This document shows, piece by piece, positions 50,987 through 60,894 of a stretch of DNA of 64,000 bases. The notes under the pieces were generated by a model. The model was not told where the DNA came from. It did not search any database and worked only from the letters and a program-made list of their open reading frames with translations. Each line of letters begins with the position of its first letter. Position 1 is the first letter of the stretch. Source of the DNA: an uncultured bacterium (lineage in GTDB: Bacteria > Desulfobacterota_D > UBA1144 > Nemesobacterales > UBA2774); the NCBI GenBank assembly GCA_963825135.1, contig CAWGRW010000009.1, forward strand, positions 768,001 to 832,000. Reading direction: 5' to 3'. The position numbers and the translations under genes were made by a program.

Positions 50987-52159
50987 TTAAGAAGATCCTG
51001 CTAAAGCCTTATCCATCGCCCCGAATAGCTTTAAAATCTCCTCTTCGGTATTGTAAAAGTGCGGAGCGATTCTTAACGCTCCCCCTCTGTTATTAACGAC
51101 AATATTCGATTCCCTCAGTTTCTTTTTCATCTGCACCGGATCGAAATTCCCGGAATAGGAGACGATACCGCCCCGTTCGTCCCGCCCCCGCGGGGTCCTG
51201 ACCTGAAATCCCCTGTTCTCGGCCTCGTCCATGATCATATCGCCCAGGTCGTGAACCCTCGCTTCGACATTCCCGATTCCGATTTCGAATAAGAGCTCGA
51301 TTGCTGCGCCTAACGCCGTGATCCCCATTACATTGAAAGAGCCCTCCTCAAACTTGAGCGCATTTTCCTTGAGCGTAAAATTGATATTCTCATAATCATA
51401 GTCGCCCTTTACGGATTTCCATCCGATTAAGTACGGCCTCAATTCCCTGGCGCGCTCCTTCCTGCAATAGAATATGCCTGTCCCTTCCGGGGCAAGGAGC
51501 CATTTGTGGCCGTCGGCGGCGAGGAAATCCGCCCCGGCTTCCCTGACGTCCATGGGAACGACCCCGAGGCTCTGAATAGCATCGACAAAGAAGAGAACCC
51601 CTCTGCGGCGGCAGAGGGCGCCTAATTCCCGGAGGTCTATCTTGAAGCCGTTTAATGACTGTACGGAGCTCATTGAAACCAGCCTGGTCCGCCCGTCCAT
51701 TAGGCCCTCGACATCGTCCATCCTGACACGGTCGTCCCGGAGCGGAATGAACCTGACTTCCACCCCTTTTCTTTCCAGGTCGAGCCAGGGATAGATATTG
51801 GAGGGGAATTCCTTCTCGAAAACCACCACATTGTCACCCTCCTGCCATTCGAGCCCGGCCGAGACGATGGAAATGCCGTGAGAGGTGTTTTTTATAAAAG
51901 CTATCTCCTCCCTTTCCGCTCCAATGAGTCTCGCGGATAGACCCCTTACCGCTTCGACCCTCTCCATCCACCCCTCATAGCTCATTATGGCTCTATCCGT
52001 CGCTTCTTTAAGGAATTTATCTATTTCTCTTACTACCCTAAGCGACACCGGGGCCACACCTGCGTGGTCGAGATATATGCCTGTCTTCACTATAGGGAAT
52101 TCTTCCCTGTAGCTTTCTATGGAGTCCCGATCGATTCCGAGGTGCTGATTATCACCCAT
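50987..52159 (-). CDS. Aminotransferase class V PLP-dependent enzyme
   Basis: YLDHAG, NTSHG, VDAIQ, ADGHKWL, LRIAPHFYN; no SufS persulfide Cys motif. Confidence 0.88.
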   Translation of the reverse strand: MGDNQHLGIDRDSIESYREEFPIVKTGIYLDHAGVAPVSLRVVREIDKFLKEATDRAIMSYEGWMERVEAVRGLSARLIGAEREEIAFIKNTSHGISIVSAGLEWQEGDNVVVFEKEFPSNIYPWLDLERKGVEVRFIPLRDDRVRMDDVEGLMDGRTRLVSMSSVQSLNGFKIDLRELGALCRRRGVLFFVDAIQSLGVVPMDVREAGADFLAADGHKWLLAPEGTGIFYCRKERARELRPYLIGWKSVKGDYDYENINFTLKENALKFEEGSFNVMGITALGAAIELLFEIGIGNVEARVHDLGDMIMDEAENRGFQVRTPRGRDERGGIVSYSGNFDPVQMKKKLRESNIVVNNRGGALRIAPHFYNTEEEILKLFGAMDKALAGSS

Positions 52160-52285
52160 CTCGGGATAAAGCTAACTCATAGAGCGCCGGCTATCAATTA
52201 GATAATTCGAAAATACTATTTGACAAATTTAAAAAAACGTGCAATAGTAACGATTTGAAGTAGATTTTAGGAGGAATAGAGCTTA

Positions 52286-52501
52286 ATGCAGGGTAAAGTA
52301 AAGTGGTTTAATAGCTCCAAAGGTTACGGGTTCATCCAGTCGGATGAAATTGGCAAGGACGTGTTCGTCCACTACAGCGTTATCGAAGGCGACGGATACA
52401 AAAGCCTTGCCGAGGGTGAGTCCGTAGAATTTGACATAACTGAAGGGCCGAAGGGACCCCAGGCAACGAAAGTAGTCAAGTTGAGCTCGGGCCAGGCCTG
52501 A
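52286..52501 (+). CDS. Cold-shock protein
   Basis: [29 protein letters not shown]. Confidence 0.96.
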   Translation: MQGKVKWFNSSKGYGFIQSDEIGKDVFVHYSVIEGDGYKSLAEGESVEFDITEGPKGPQATKVVKLSSGQA

Positions 52502-52662
52502 TAGTCATAACGGTTTACGAATAGCAAGCGCGTTCTTTCTCCAAGAGGATTCCACCAAAATTGCTAATCCGGATATCTTTGTCCGTTTTTTTGTACAAAC
52601 AGACAGGGGTGCTCGTGTATTTACTTGACAGAGTAATTTAATGCCCGCAATATTTTAATAGC

Positions 52663-53421
52663 TTGCTTACTAGAAGGGAATTCCTCAGAAACATAATCGC
52701 GGGAACAATCGGAGCCTTGTCTTTCCCACTTCTGGGTCTCTATGAAGGCTCTAAATTCCACTTCGCCCAGCTCCAGTATAACGGGGATTGGGACCCAAGG
52801 CCGAGGGATTACAAGAGGCTCTTAAGCACACTCGAGCTAAGGACAAGTGTAGTCGCCTCTTACGAGAGAAAGGTTATTAGGCTGACCGACGCGGACCTCT
52901 TCAACTTCCCGTTCCTCTACCTTGCCGGCGACGAAGGCTTCGAGCCTTTTGCGGAGGAAGAGAGGAGGAGATTGAGGAAATACCTAAAGCTCGGAGGCAC
53001 CCTCGTAATAGACGACGCCTCGGGCATAGAGGCCTCTCCCTTCGATTCCCGGATACGTGAGGAGCTAAAACAGATGCTGCCGGAGACGCCGCTCGCGCGG
53101 CTGGCGCAAGACCATGTGGTCTATAAGACTTTTTATCTCCTCTACTCGGCGAGCGGAAGGGTGATCATCAACCCGTATCTGGAAGGCGTTACGTTCAGCG
53201 ATGAGGACAGAACCGCGGTCATCTATTCGAGGAACGATCTCGGCGGAGCGTGGTCAGAAGACGAGTTCGGGAAATGGGAATACGAGTGTCTGCCGGGCGG
53301 CGAGTCTCAACGGGAGCTCGCATTCAGACTAGGAATAAATCTCATTCTCTATGCGCTGACCGGCAATTACAAGGAAGACCAGATACATATCCCCTTCATA
53401 AAGAGAAGACAGCTCTTATAA
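52663..53421 (+). CDS. DUF4159 family protein with twin-arginine-like N-terminus
   Basis: TRREFL; FPFLYLAG, YLKLGGTLVIDD, NDLGGAW, LGINLILYALTGNYK.DQ.H; TTG start. Confidence 0.82.
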   Translation: MLTRREFLRNIIAGTIGALSFPLLGLYEGSKFHFAQLQYNGDWDPRPRDYKRLLSTLELRTSVVASYERKVIRLTDADLFNFPFLYLAGDEGFEPFAEEERRRLRKYLKLGGTLVIDDASGIEASPFDSRIREELKQMLPETPLARLAQDHVVYKTFYLLYSASGRVIINPYLEGVTFSDEDRTAVIYSRNDLGGAWSEDEFGKWEYECLPGGESQRELAFRLGINLILYALTGNYKEDQIHIPFIKRRQLL

Positions 53422-53469
53422 CGTATGTACCCGCTGTATTCCGGCCCGTATGCTACGCCCCGCGCACAA

Positions 53470-54255
53470 TTACATCTGTTCGAGTTTTATAACAGCGAAC
53501 GCGGCGCCCTGGGGATCCTTCATCGTGGCAAACCGCCCTACCCCAGGTATATCCATCGGCCCATGCAATAATTCGCCCCCGAGCGACCGGGTTTCAGCGA
53601 CGCATCCGTCACAGTCGTTAACCGCGAAGTAGACCAGCCAGTTTGGGGGAATACCCCTGAAATTCTCATCCATCTTCATCATTCCGGCCGCGGGCTTTTC
53701 GCCGTTCATAAAAACCGTATATATCATCCCGCCCATATCCTGCTCGTTCGCCGTCCATCCGAATAACCCGGAGTAGAATGCGCCTGCCTTAACCGTATCG
53801 TTCGTGAGAAGCTCGTTCCAGCAAAGGGTCCCGTGTTCGCCCAAGACGCGGGCGCCTATGTGCTTCATCGGCTGCCACAGGGACACGACCGCCCCCGTGG
53901 GGTCGGCTATTAAAGCCATTCTGCCAGCATCGAATACATCCATCGGTTCGACTACCACCGCTCCGCCGGACGCCTGGGCTTTTTTCACGGTGTCATCCAC
54001 ACTCGATACCGATACGTAGCCCGCCCAGTGAGTCGGGACGCCGTGGTCCTTCTGCTCGGCCCACATCTGATAAATGGCGCCCGCGTCTTTTCCGTTGATG
54101 GAAGCCATGGAATAGACCTTATCCTCCCCAATCGGCACGTCGGTAATATCCCATCCGAATATTCTCTTATAAAACTCTTTCGCTTTATCGGCGTCCTGCG
54201 CCACTAGCTCCGCCCAGCAGAACGTCCCCGGCGTATATACTTTAATTTCGCTCAT
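53470..54255 (-). CDS. VOC/glyoxalase family protein (two domains)
   Basis: PGTFCWAEL, DPTGAVVSLWQ, LCWNEL, DPQGAAF. Confidence 0.9.
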   Translation of the reverse strand: MSEIKVYTPGTFCWAELVAQDADKAKEFYKRIFGWDITDVPIGEDKVYSMASINGKDAGAIYQMWAEQKDHGVPTHWAGYVSVSSVDDTVKKAQASGGAVVVEPMDVFDAGRMALIADPTGAVVSLWQPMKHIGARVLGEHGTLCWNELLTNDTVKAGAFYSGLFGWTANEQDMGGMIYTVFMNGEKPAAGMMKMDENFRGIPPNWLVYFAVNDCDGCVAETRSLGGELLHGPMDIPGVGRFATMKDPQGAAFAVIKLEQM

Positions 54256-54363
54256 AATATGCCTCCATGACAATACCGAGGGTTATTTTAGCCTGCGCAT
54301 GCAAAACGAAATAATAACACAAATGTCTAAAACTTAGGTGTATACGAGCAGCTATGCCCCCTG

Positions 54364-54401
54364 AAAAAAAGACTGGGGGTGATTTTTCAATCACCCCCAG
54401 T
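54364..54401 (-). terminator. Strong rho-independent terminator (minus strand)
   Basis: Perfect 13-bp stem ACTGGGGGTGATT/AATCACCCCCAGT followed by U7 on the minus strand. Confidence 0.8.
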
Positions 54402-54455
54402 AGCCAAGAAGGACCCAAGGTGTTAGGGAGGGCGTAGGCCCGGATAAGTGGTGGC
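54364..54455 (-). ncRNA. Candidate ~90-nt small RNA (5' end approximate)
   Basis: Lies between a repeat-array promoter element (54479-54515) and a strong terminator; no credible ORF; C/U-rich CCCUCCCU segment. Confidence 0.4.
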
Positions 54456-54478
54456 ATTATCAGTACACCATTCAACAG

Positions 54479-54515
54479 TTAAGGGGATATTTAGAAAAAA
54501 TTAAGGATGTGTTAA
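54479..54515 (-). promoter_or_regulatory. Second Pho/OmpR-box-like array
   Basis: Shares the exact 15-mer TTAAGGATGTGTTAA with 48337-48351; TTAA/TTAG at 54479, 54491, 54501, 54512. Confidence 0.5.
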
Positions 54516-54669
54516 TGTTTGAAATACAGGGCTTGTCTGAAACCAGCGGAATTATGCCTGACGCAGGTATATAAATACGGCAACCGCCGCCGGCACTCCG
54601 TTTGGCGCTGTGCTAAAATTGCCGACGCGTTGGGCGGCTTCCGGGGTGCTCAAGCAAAAGGAGGAGAAT

Positions 54670-55080
54670 ATGGAACGATGGTACATCATGACCGTGCTGG
54701 CTCTTATTTGTTTTTCTCTCGGCAGCTTTTTGGGAAAGGTCGCGTCCATGAAGGACATCCCGTACCGTATCTACTTTTTTGAAGGTGTCGGTACTCTCAC
54801 CGTATTTTCGACATTCGTTTTCTACAACAGAAGCACAATATTCACTAACTTTGCAGTAAATTTCCCGGCCCTTCTGATGGGCCTCAGCTGGGGGATAGGA
54901 ACCGTGCTCTTCATCATCGCTCTCAAGTACGCAAAGCTTTCGGTACTCGTGCCCCTGTCGGCGGTCTATCCGGCGCTCACAGTCGTGCTGGCGTTCATAT
55001 TCCTCGGAGAAAGGCTCGGGCCGAGAGAGATCGCAGGGGTGGCGCTTGCCGTCGTGTCCGCGGCTCTTCTCTCCAAGTAG
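54670..55080 (+). CDS. EamA/DMT family transporter (single repeat)
   Basis: SVLVPLSAVYPALTVVLAFIFLGERL; GAGGAG RBS. Confidence 0.85.
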   Translation: MERWYIMTVLALICFSLGSFLGKVASMKDIPYRIYFFEGVGTLTVFSTFVFYNRSTIFTNFAVNFPALLMGLSWGIGTVLFIIALKYAKLSVLVPLSAVYPALTVVLAFIFLGERLGPREIAGVALAVVSAALLSK

Positions 55081-55164
55081 AGATCTTCGCTGCGCCGAAG
55101 GATGTGTTACCAGAGGTGGAATATTCTTCGGCGGCAAAATATCATGGATGCCGTACCTTATTCG

Positions 55165-55863
55165 TCAGATTAAATCCGGCTTATTCGTAACAATCCCGCT
55201 TACCCCCATCCCCCTCAGCCTTTCCGCCTTATCCCTGTCGTCGACTGTCCAGGTGAATAGATGCATCCCGATTTTGCGGGCTCTTTCGGCGAGGCCCCTC
55301 GTGATAAACCACCTGAACGGCGCGACCGCATCGGCCCCGCAGCTTGCCGCGCTCTTTAGAGGGTCGGCGGCCGCAAAGAGTATGAGGCCCGTTTTTAAAC
55401 CCGGCTCGCGCTCCTTTATCGCCCTCAGCCTGAGCGGCTTGAACGAGACGACGAATAAATCCTCAACAAGTCCGTAATACCTGATGAGCTCGATGACCCG
55501 CTCTTCGAGTCCGTCCTCTTTAAGCTCAATCACGAGCTTCGTCCTGCCCGCCGCTAATTCGAGAACCTCTTCGAGCGTCGGTATGCGTTCCCCCATGCCC
55601 GCGTCCAGATCCCTGAGCTCGGCGAGGGACTTAGCCCGTACGAGCCCCCTGCCGTTCGTCGTCCGGTCCACTTTGTCGTCGTGAATGACGACCAGCCGGC
55701 CGTCGAGGGATCTTCTCACGTCGAGCTCGATCATATCCGCCCCGAGTTCCATTGCCCTCGTGAATGAGCGAATAGTATTTTCCGGCTCATAAGCGCTCGC
55801 TCCTCTATGTGCGATCTTTACAAAGAAAGATTCCGGTGACCTGACCATAAATGTAATATACAC
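55165..55863 (-). CDS. Glycerophosphodiester phosphodiesterase
   Basis: IAHRGAS, PENT, IELDV, VIHD, WTVDD, IVTNKP. Confidence 0.92.
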   Translation of the reverse strand: MYITFMVRSPESFFVKIAHRGASAYEPENTIRSFTRAMELGADMIELDVRRSLDGRLVVIHDDKVDRTTNGRGLVRAKSLAELRDLDAGMGERIPTLEEVLELAAGRTKLVIELKEDGLEERVIELIRYYGLVEDLFVVSFKPLRLRAIKEREPGLKTGLILFAAADPLKSAASCGADAVAPFRWFITRGLAERARKIGMHLFTWTVDDRDKAERLRGMGVSGIVTNKPDLI

Positions 55864-55914
55864 ATTAATAATAAGTCTTTGCTAATACTCCGAAAAATAG
55901 TAGAATTCTAGGGA

Positions 55915-56796
55915 ATGCCGCCCTTTTTTAAAGATATTGCACATACCCTGAGGCCCCAGCAATGGGTGAAGAACTTCCTGGTCCTGGCGCCGCCTTTTTT
56001 CGGCGGCGCACTTTTCACAAGCACAGAGATGTTCTTCAAAATGTTTCTCGCTTTCGTCGCATTCTCGCTCGCTTCATCGACTGCCTATATCGTAAACGAT
56101 ATCACGGACATCGAGTTCGACCGTCTTCACCCTAAAAAGAAAGAGAGGCCTCTGACTTCAGGGAGGATAAACGTATTCACGGCGGTAGTATTGGGAATAG
56201 CGACTCTCGCCTTGTCGCTGGCGGCTTCCTTTTCAATCGGCATCGAGTACCTCATCATTACGGTGCTATATCTCTTACTCTCACTCTCATATTCGTATTA
56301 TCTTCAGAAAGTAGAGATAATCGACGTGTTTTGCATCGCTATCGGCTTTGTCCTGAGGATCGAAGCCGGCGGAATAGCATCCGGAATAGAAGTTTCCAAC
56401 TGGCTTCTGCTTACGACATTCCTCCTCTCGCTGCTGCTCGCATTCGGGAAGCGCCGCCACGAACTCGCCCTGCACAATGACATGCCAAATTCTTTCAGGG
56501 AAGTGCTCTACAGGTATAACACTAATTTTTTGGATACCACGCTCAGCATCTTCGCGACTACGGCAATAGTTACCTATGCCATATATACGGTCGAAGTCGA
56601 ATCGAAGATCTTTCTCATGACCGTCCCTCTTGCGATCTTCGGAGTGCTCAGATACATGTACCTTGTTCAAACCGATACGAGGGGAGACCCGACGGAGTCC
56701 CTTTATAAGGATAGACCGTTATTGATTACGGTACTGCTGTGGTTCGTGATCACTACCGCCATTATCTATTTCAAGAATATCACGGGCTTCTTTTAG
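55915..56796 (+). CDS. UbiA-family prenyltransferase, decaprenyl-phosphate phosphoribosyltransferase-like
   Basis: RPQQWVKN, YIVNDITD...DRLHPKKKERP, GFVLR, KRRHE. Confidence 0.88.
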   Translation: MPPFFKDIAHTLRPQQWVKNFLVLAPPFFGGALFTSTEMFFKMFLAFVAFSLASSTAYIVNDITDIEFDRLHPKKKERPLTSGRINVFTAVVLGIATLALSLAASFSIGIEYLIITVLYLLLSLSYSYYLQKVEIIDVFCIAIGFVLRIEAGGIASGIEVSNWLLLTTFLLSLLLAFGKRRHELALHNDMPNSFREVLYRYNTNFLDTTLSIFATTAIVTYAIYTVEVESKIFLMTVPLAIFGVLRYMYLVQTDTRGDPTESLYKDRPLLITVLLWFVITTAIIYFKNITGFF

Positions 56797-58539
56797 CAAG
56801 CCTTTCGGCAGGCCGATCGCGATAGCGTTTTGGGCCTCTTTTTTGGCTTTATCGGTATCGCCCGTTCGCATATATATCTTCGCGAGGAGAAGGTTCGCCC
56901 GTCCGTAGTATTTATAACGCTTCATTGTTTCCTTTACATATCGTTCGGCCTGCGCGTAGCTATCGGCCGAATTCGTCAGCTCGCCGTGAATGTAGTAAAT
57001 TAGCCCCAGGTGGTAATAAGTCTTCCCGTAACCCGGGTCGTATTCGAGGGCCCTGCGAAGCCAGATTTCGGCTTTTTCGTACTCTTCTTTCTCAAGATAG
57101 ACGAGCGCCAGGTTATTGGCGGTAACCGCTTTCCCCCTTGCGGTGTCGTTCATCTCGGGAGATAGCGCGATCAGAAACTCTCTTATAGCCTCATTCTGAT
57201 CGCCGGCATTCGACAGGGCAAGCCCGTAATTCGAATGCGGCAGCGGATGGTACGGGGACTTAAAAGACGCGTCCCTCCAGAGAGAGAGATCGTCTTTCCA
57301 CACAGCCTCTCTTTGATACGTAGCAAACACATACGCGGCAACAAGAATGACCCCGAACCCCCAGGCGGCTTTCCTCAGACGGGCGCTGTTTCCGGTTTGT
57401 ATCACAAAATGCCCGACGACGAGACAAAACCCTGCTGACGGTATATAAAGGTAGCGTTCGGCCAGGGGGGTTGAAGCGATTGTGAATAACGCTATCAGCG
57501 CCGAAGGCCCGAGTGTGAAAAGTATCCAGAGTATCCCGAATGCCGTTACGTTCTCTTTCTTCTTAGCCGATATAAAGACCAGCACCGCAAGCGCTGCGAT
57601 AATAATAGGCGCGGAAATGAGGTGCGCGGCTTCCTTTGGGACCTTCGTGATAAAAGCATTGAAATCGAAAGGAAGAACTAGCTTATTCAGGTAATAGAGG
57701 TACGAGCCCAGGAGAACTTTAAGGAGCTCGAGATACCGCGATACGGCCGATATATGTTCGCCTCCGATCAGGGCGCGGCCTGCCCCTTCACCGGATATCT
57801 CGTGAGTCACCTGAGGGATGTTTACGAACGCCCTGCTCCTCAGATAAAAATAGACGAGGAGAATCAAGAGATAGAGGCCGTACTTGATTATATTCCTCCG
57901 GTCGAGGAACCGCCTGCCGAGGAGATCGAAGACCAGCGCAAGGAAGGGAAATACGACCGCTACCTCTTTCGACATTAACGATAGGGAAAACCCGAGCGCT
58001 GTGATCCCGAGAAGCCACAGATTCCTGGAGGAGAGCACGTGAAAGATGAGGGCGAGAAAAAGAAACAGGGCGCAAAGTACGTCCGACCTTCCCGCAATCC
58101 ACGATACCGATTCCACGTGCATCGGATGAAGAGCAAAGAGAATCGAGGAAAATAACGCGCAGGCTTCTTTCCCTCTCGCGCCGAATTCTCCGAGCACGAG
58201 GAGAGCCATGAAATAGAAAAGCACTACCGAGACGGAATTGAACAGCAGATTGGTCAGATGGAATCCGAACGACGATACCCCCCAGACCGCCTTGTCCGCC
58301 ACGTAGGACGTATAAATCGCCGGGCGGTAATAGCTCGCGTTCTTATTCTTGTAAACATCGGTTACTACGACGCTGGTTATGTATGAGGCGTCGAATGAAA
58401 TGTTACTCTTGGTTATTACCTCGACATCGTCCCAGACGAAATCATTTTTCAGCGAGGGCGAGTAGAGGGCGAAGGAAACGAGAAACAGAAGGAGGGCCGA
58501 TAGCGGCCTGCTGGCTATTAGTTTGGATAGTAATTCCAT
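56719..58539 (-). CDS. TMTC-like membrane glycosyltransferase (GT-C) with C-terminal TPRs
   Basis: FVWDD, YYRP, FHLTN, HPMHVESVSWIAGR, SKE, AERYLYIP, W.DDLSLW, TPR repeats. Confidence 0.82.
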   Translation of the reverse strand: MELLSKLIASRPLSALLLFLVSFALYSPSLKNDFVWDDVEVITKSNISFDASYITSVVVTDVYKNKNASYYRPAIYTSYVADKAVWGVSSFGFHLTNLLFNSVSVVLFYFMALLVLGEFGARGKEACALFSSILFALHPMHVESVSWIAGRSDVLCALFLFLALIFHVLSSRNLWLLGITALGFSLSLMSKEVAVVFPFLALVFDLLGRRFLDRRNIIKYGLYLLILLVYFYLRSRAFVNIPQVTHEISGEGAGRALIGGEHISAVSRYLELLKVLLGSYLYYLNKLVLPFDFNAFITKVPKEAAHLISAPIIIAALAVLVFISAKKKENVTAFGILWILFTLGPSALIALFTIASTPLAERYLYIPSAGFCLVVGHFVIQTGNSARLRKAAWGFGVILVAAYVFATYQREAVWKDDLSLWRDASFKSPYHPLPHSNYGLALSNAGDQNEAIREFLIALSPEMNDTARGKAVTANNLALVYLEKEEYEKAEIWLRRALEYDPGYGKTYYHLGLIYYIHGELTNSADSYAQAERYVKETMKRYKYYGRANLLLAKIYMRTGDTDKAKKEAQNAIAIGLPKGLLKEARDILEIDNGGSDHEPQQYRNQ

Positions 58540-58640
58540 GAGCTGACTAAATTATATCACCCGGATACACGTTATTCCCCCGGCCCCGGCCGGAATTTCC
58601 GTGACGGCGCCCCGCCCCGTCAGCGGGCGCAAAATCGGCG

Positions 58641-59420
58641 TCAACGGAAGAGATCGTCTTCAGGGTTCCTTATAATCTCCCTGGCGCTTCCGCTCCCCTT
58701 TTCAAAGCTGTACCCCCGGACAATCACGACGGGCACCGAGTCCGCTTTTTCCATGACGAGCCCGGCCGCCGAAGCTATCTCGTCGGCAACGGCCATTACC
58801 GTCGCGCTCAGGACGAGCCCCTTCGAATCCTCCCTGCCCCTGTAATCCCTGAGCGGTTTTATTCCCGAGCACCCAATCGCTATATCCACCAGCCCTTCCC
58901 TCCACGGCCTTCCGACGGTGTCCGTGATAATGACCGCTATGTCCAGAGCGGTCTCTTTTTTGAACCCCAGCGCGAGGTTTTGAGCGGACAGGTCAGAATC
59001 CACGGGCAGGAGCGTCACCGAATCCCCGCCAGACACGTTCGAGGCGTCAACACCGGCGTTTGCCGATATAACCCCTCCCCGGGTCTCCACTATAAGCCTT
59101 CCCTTTTCAGGCTTCCGCTGATCCATCCTTATGATTTTCGTGGTTTCGCCGAGTATGACTTCAATCAGGCGCGGGTCCTTGCTCACTTCCCTTGACAGCG
59201 TCAGAGCGAAGGGCGAGGGCTCCACCTCGCTCAATTTAACAATACGGTTCTCAGCCTTGGATATTATCTTCTGCGCGAAAACCACTATATCCCCGTCGAG
59301 GATAGAAAGCCCCCGGTCTTTTACTGCGCCGGACACGATCCCCACGAGGTCGTCCCCGGGCATGATTTCCGGGATGCCCCTTACGGGGATGATAGAAATT
59401 GTGTCAGGGGTGTCCGCCAT
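58641..59420 (-). CDS. cofE: Coenzyme F420-0:L-glutamate ligase
   Basis: GIPEIMPGDDL, KIISKAE, ANAGVDASN, TDTVGRPWREG, ADEIASAAGLVM, DLFR. Confidence 0.88.
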   Translation of the reverse strand: MADTPDTISIIPVRGIPEIMPGDDLVGIVSGAVKDRGLSILDGDIVVFAQKIISKAENRIVKLSEVEPSPFALTLSREVSKDPRLIEVILGETTKIIRMDQRKPEKGRLIVETRGGVISANAGVDASNVSGGDSVTLLPVDSDLSAQNLALGFKKETALDIAVIITDTVGRPWREGLVDIAIGCSGIKPLRDYRGREDSKGLVLSATVMAVADEIASAAGLVMEKADSVPVVIVRGYSFEKGSGSAREIIRNPEDDLFR

Positions 59421-59624
59421 ATTGTTCCCGCCAAAAATCTACGCTATCAAGCAAAGATAATAGTATAGAGCGAAACTTATGCAAGGAGACAGCCGGGAAT
59501 ATTTTTTACAGATACTCTAGCCGGCGGCAGCCCGGAGAAGGGTTCGGGATATTTGCACTCCTATCCGTTATACTTGGGTATTCGGCAATTTGTCACTTGA
59601 CCGGAAGGTCTTCATATACCGAAA

Positions 59625-60056
59625 ATGAAAGCCCTGAAATTGATACATTCGATAGAGCAGCTGGTTAAGCTTGCGGATAAGGAATTCTATTACAGGGAGA
59701 ATAATCTGCAGTTGAGATTCTCTTCCCGGGATTCCGTCTTCGTAATAGGGACGAGGGAAGACGGCACGGTTTACCTGTCCGTTTATTACGGCTCCGAGAT
59801 GGGGTTTAAATTCTACATGGAAAAGGACGGCACGCTGCTCATGGAGGAGGGGAGCATGCCCGGCCTGCTCGAGCACTCGGGCCCGGAGCAGATATTGACC
59901 CTGATCGACGACTCGGGTGAGTCCCTTCTCGGCTTCGGAGCAGAAGCCATTGAATGGGGAAACTACGAATTCAAAACGATGGACCAGGTCACGGAAGAAT
60001 TCGAAAAAATTAAGCAGGCGGATAAGAAGAACGACGGGGACCCGGAGCTGCATTAG
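59625..60056 (+). CDS. Hypothetical protein
   Basis: 143-aa ORF with protein-like composition; the opposite-strand ORF looks like a shadow. Confidence 0.55.
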   Translation: MKALKLIHSIEQLVKLADKEFYYRENNLQLRFSSRDSVFVIGTREDGTVYLSVYYGSEMGFKFYMEKDGTLLMEEGSMPGLLEHSGPEQILTLIDDSGESLLGFGAEAIEWGNYEFKTMDQVTEEFEKIKQADKKNDGDPELH

Positions 60057-60239
60057 ATCGGCAGGGTTTCGATATCCGGGACCGGCGCCTGCAGTGTGAA
60101 GACCTGAGGCTTTTGATGGTTAATCAGCATTGATGCCCGACCTCGGCATCCCGCGGCGCACCGAAAAAAAACCTTTCATTCCGGCCTGCAAATCGGTTAA
60201 TATTGTATGTGCAATTCAATTCACAGGAGGCAATATAAA

Positions 60240-60881
60240 ATGATCAGGAGCAATATCGTGAAGTCCATATTATTTTCGATTTTAGTAGTTTGTATGTCGA
60301 TAGGCGCGGGGGCGGCCCGGGTATTCGCGCAGGACAATAATGCGCCCGCCAAGACGGACGCCATGGATAAAATGCATCAGGAGATGATGGCCAAATGGCA
60401 GGCATACGCGATGCCCGGTGAAGGTCATAAAGCCCTCGAGCCGCTCGTCGGCAACTGGGATTATACAATCTCATGGTGGGAAACTCCGGACTCTCAGCCT
60501 CAGAAATCGACGGGGACGAGCGAAGTGAAATGGATTCTGGGCGGCCGGTTCCTCGAGCAGACGGCCAAAGGCACCGCTATGGGCCAGGAATTTGAGGGTA
60601 TGGGAATTATGGGTTACGACAATATGAAAAAAGTGTATACCGGCATCTGGATGGATAACATGGGGACGGGAATGATGACGAGCACCGGCTCTTATGACCC
60701 TTCCGCGAAATCTTTTACCGAAACCGGTTCCTTTTCCTGCCCTCAGGAAGGGGGAGATAAATCATTCCGCGGGGTAACGACTTTCGTGAACCCGGATAAA
60801 TACACTTATGAGATGTTCGCCGCCGACAAAGACGGAAAAGAATCCCGCATGATGGAAATCGTATATACGAGAACGAAGTAA
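60240..60881 (+). CDS. DUF1579 family exported protein
   Basis: Signal peptide; PGEGHKAL..LVGNW, GGRFL, GYDN, WMDNMGT; AGGAGG RBS. Confidence 0.85.
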   Translation: MIRSNIVKSILFSILVVCMSIGAGAARVFAQDNNAPAKTDAMDKMHQEMMAKWQAYAMPGEGHKALEPLVGNWDYTISWWETPDSQPQKSTGTSEVKWILGGRFLEQTAKGTAMGQEFEGMGIMGYDNMKKVYTGIWMDNMGTGMMTSTGSYDPSAKSFTETGSFSCPQEGGDKSFRGVTTFVNPDKYTYEMFAADKDGKESRMMEIVYTRTK

Positions 60882-60894
60882 TTTAAGACGGGTC

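Noticed and set aside
50987..52159. Calling the class V PLP enzyme sufS
   Set aside because: Lacks the C-terminal catalytic Cys loop and lies outside the suf operon
59568..60053. 161-aa minus-strand ORF
   Set aside because: Overlaps the more protein-like plus-strand ORF 59625..60056
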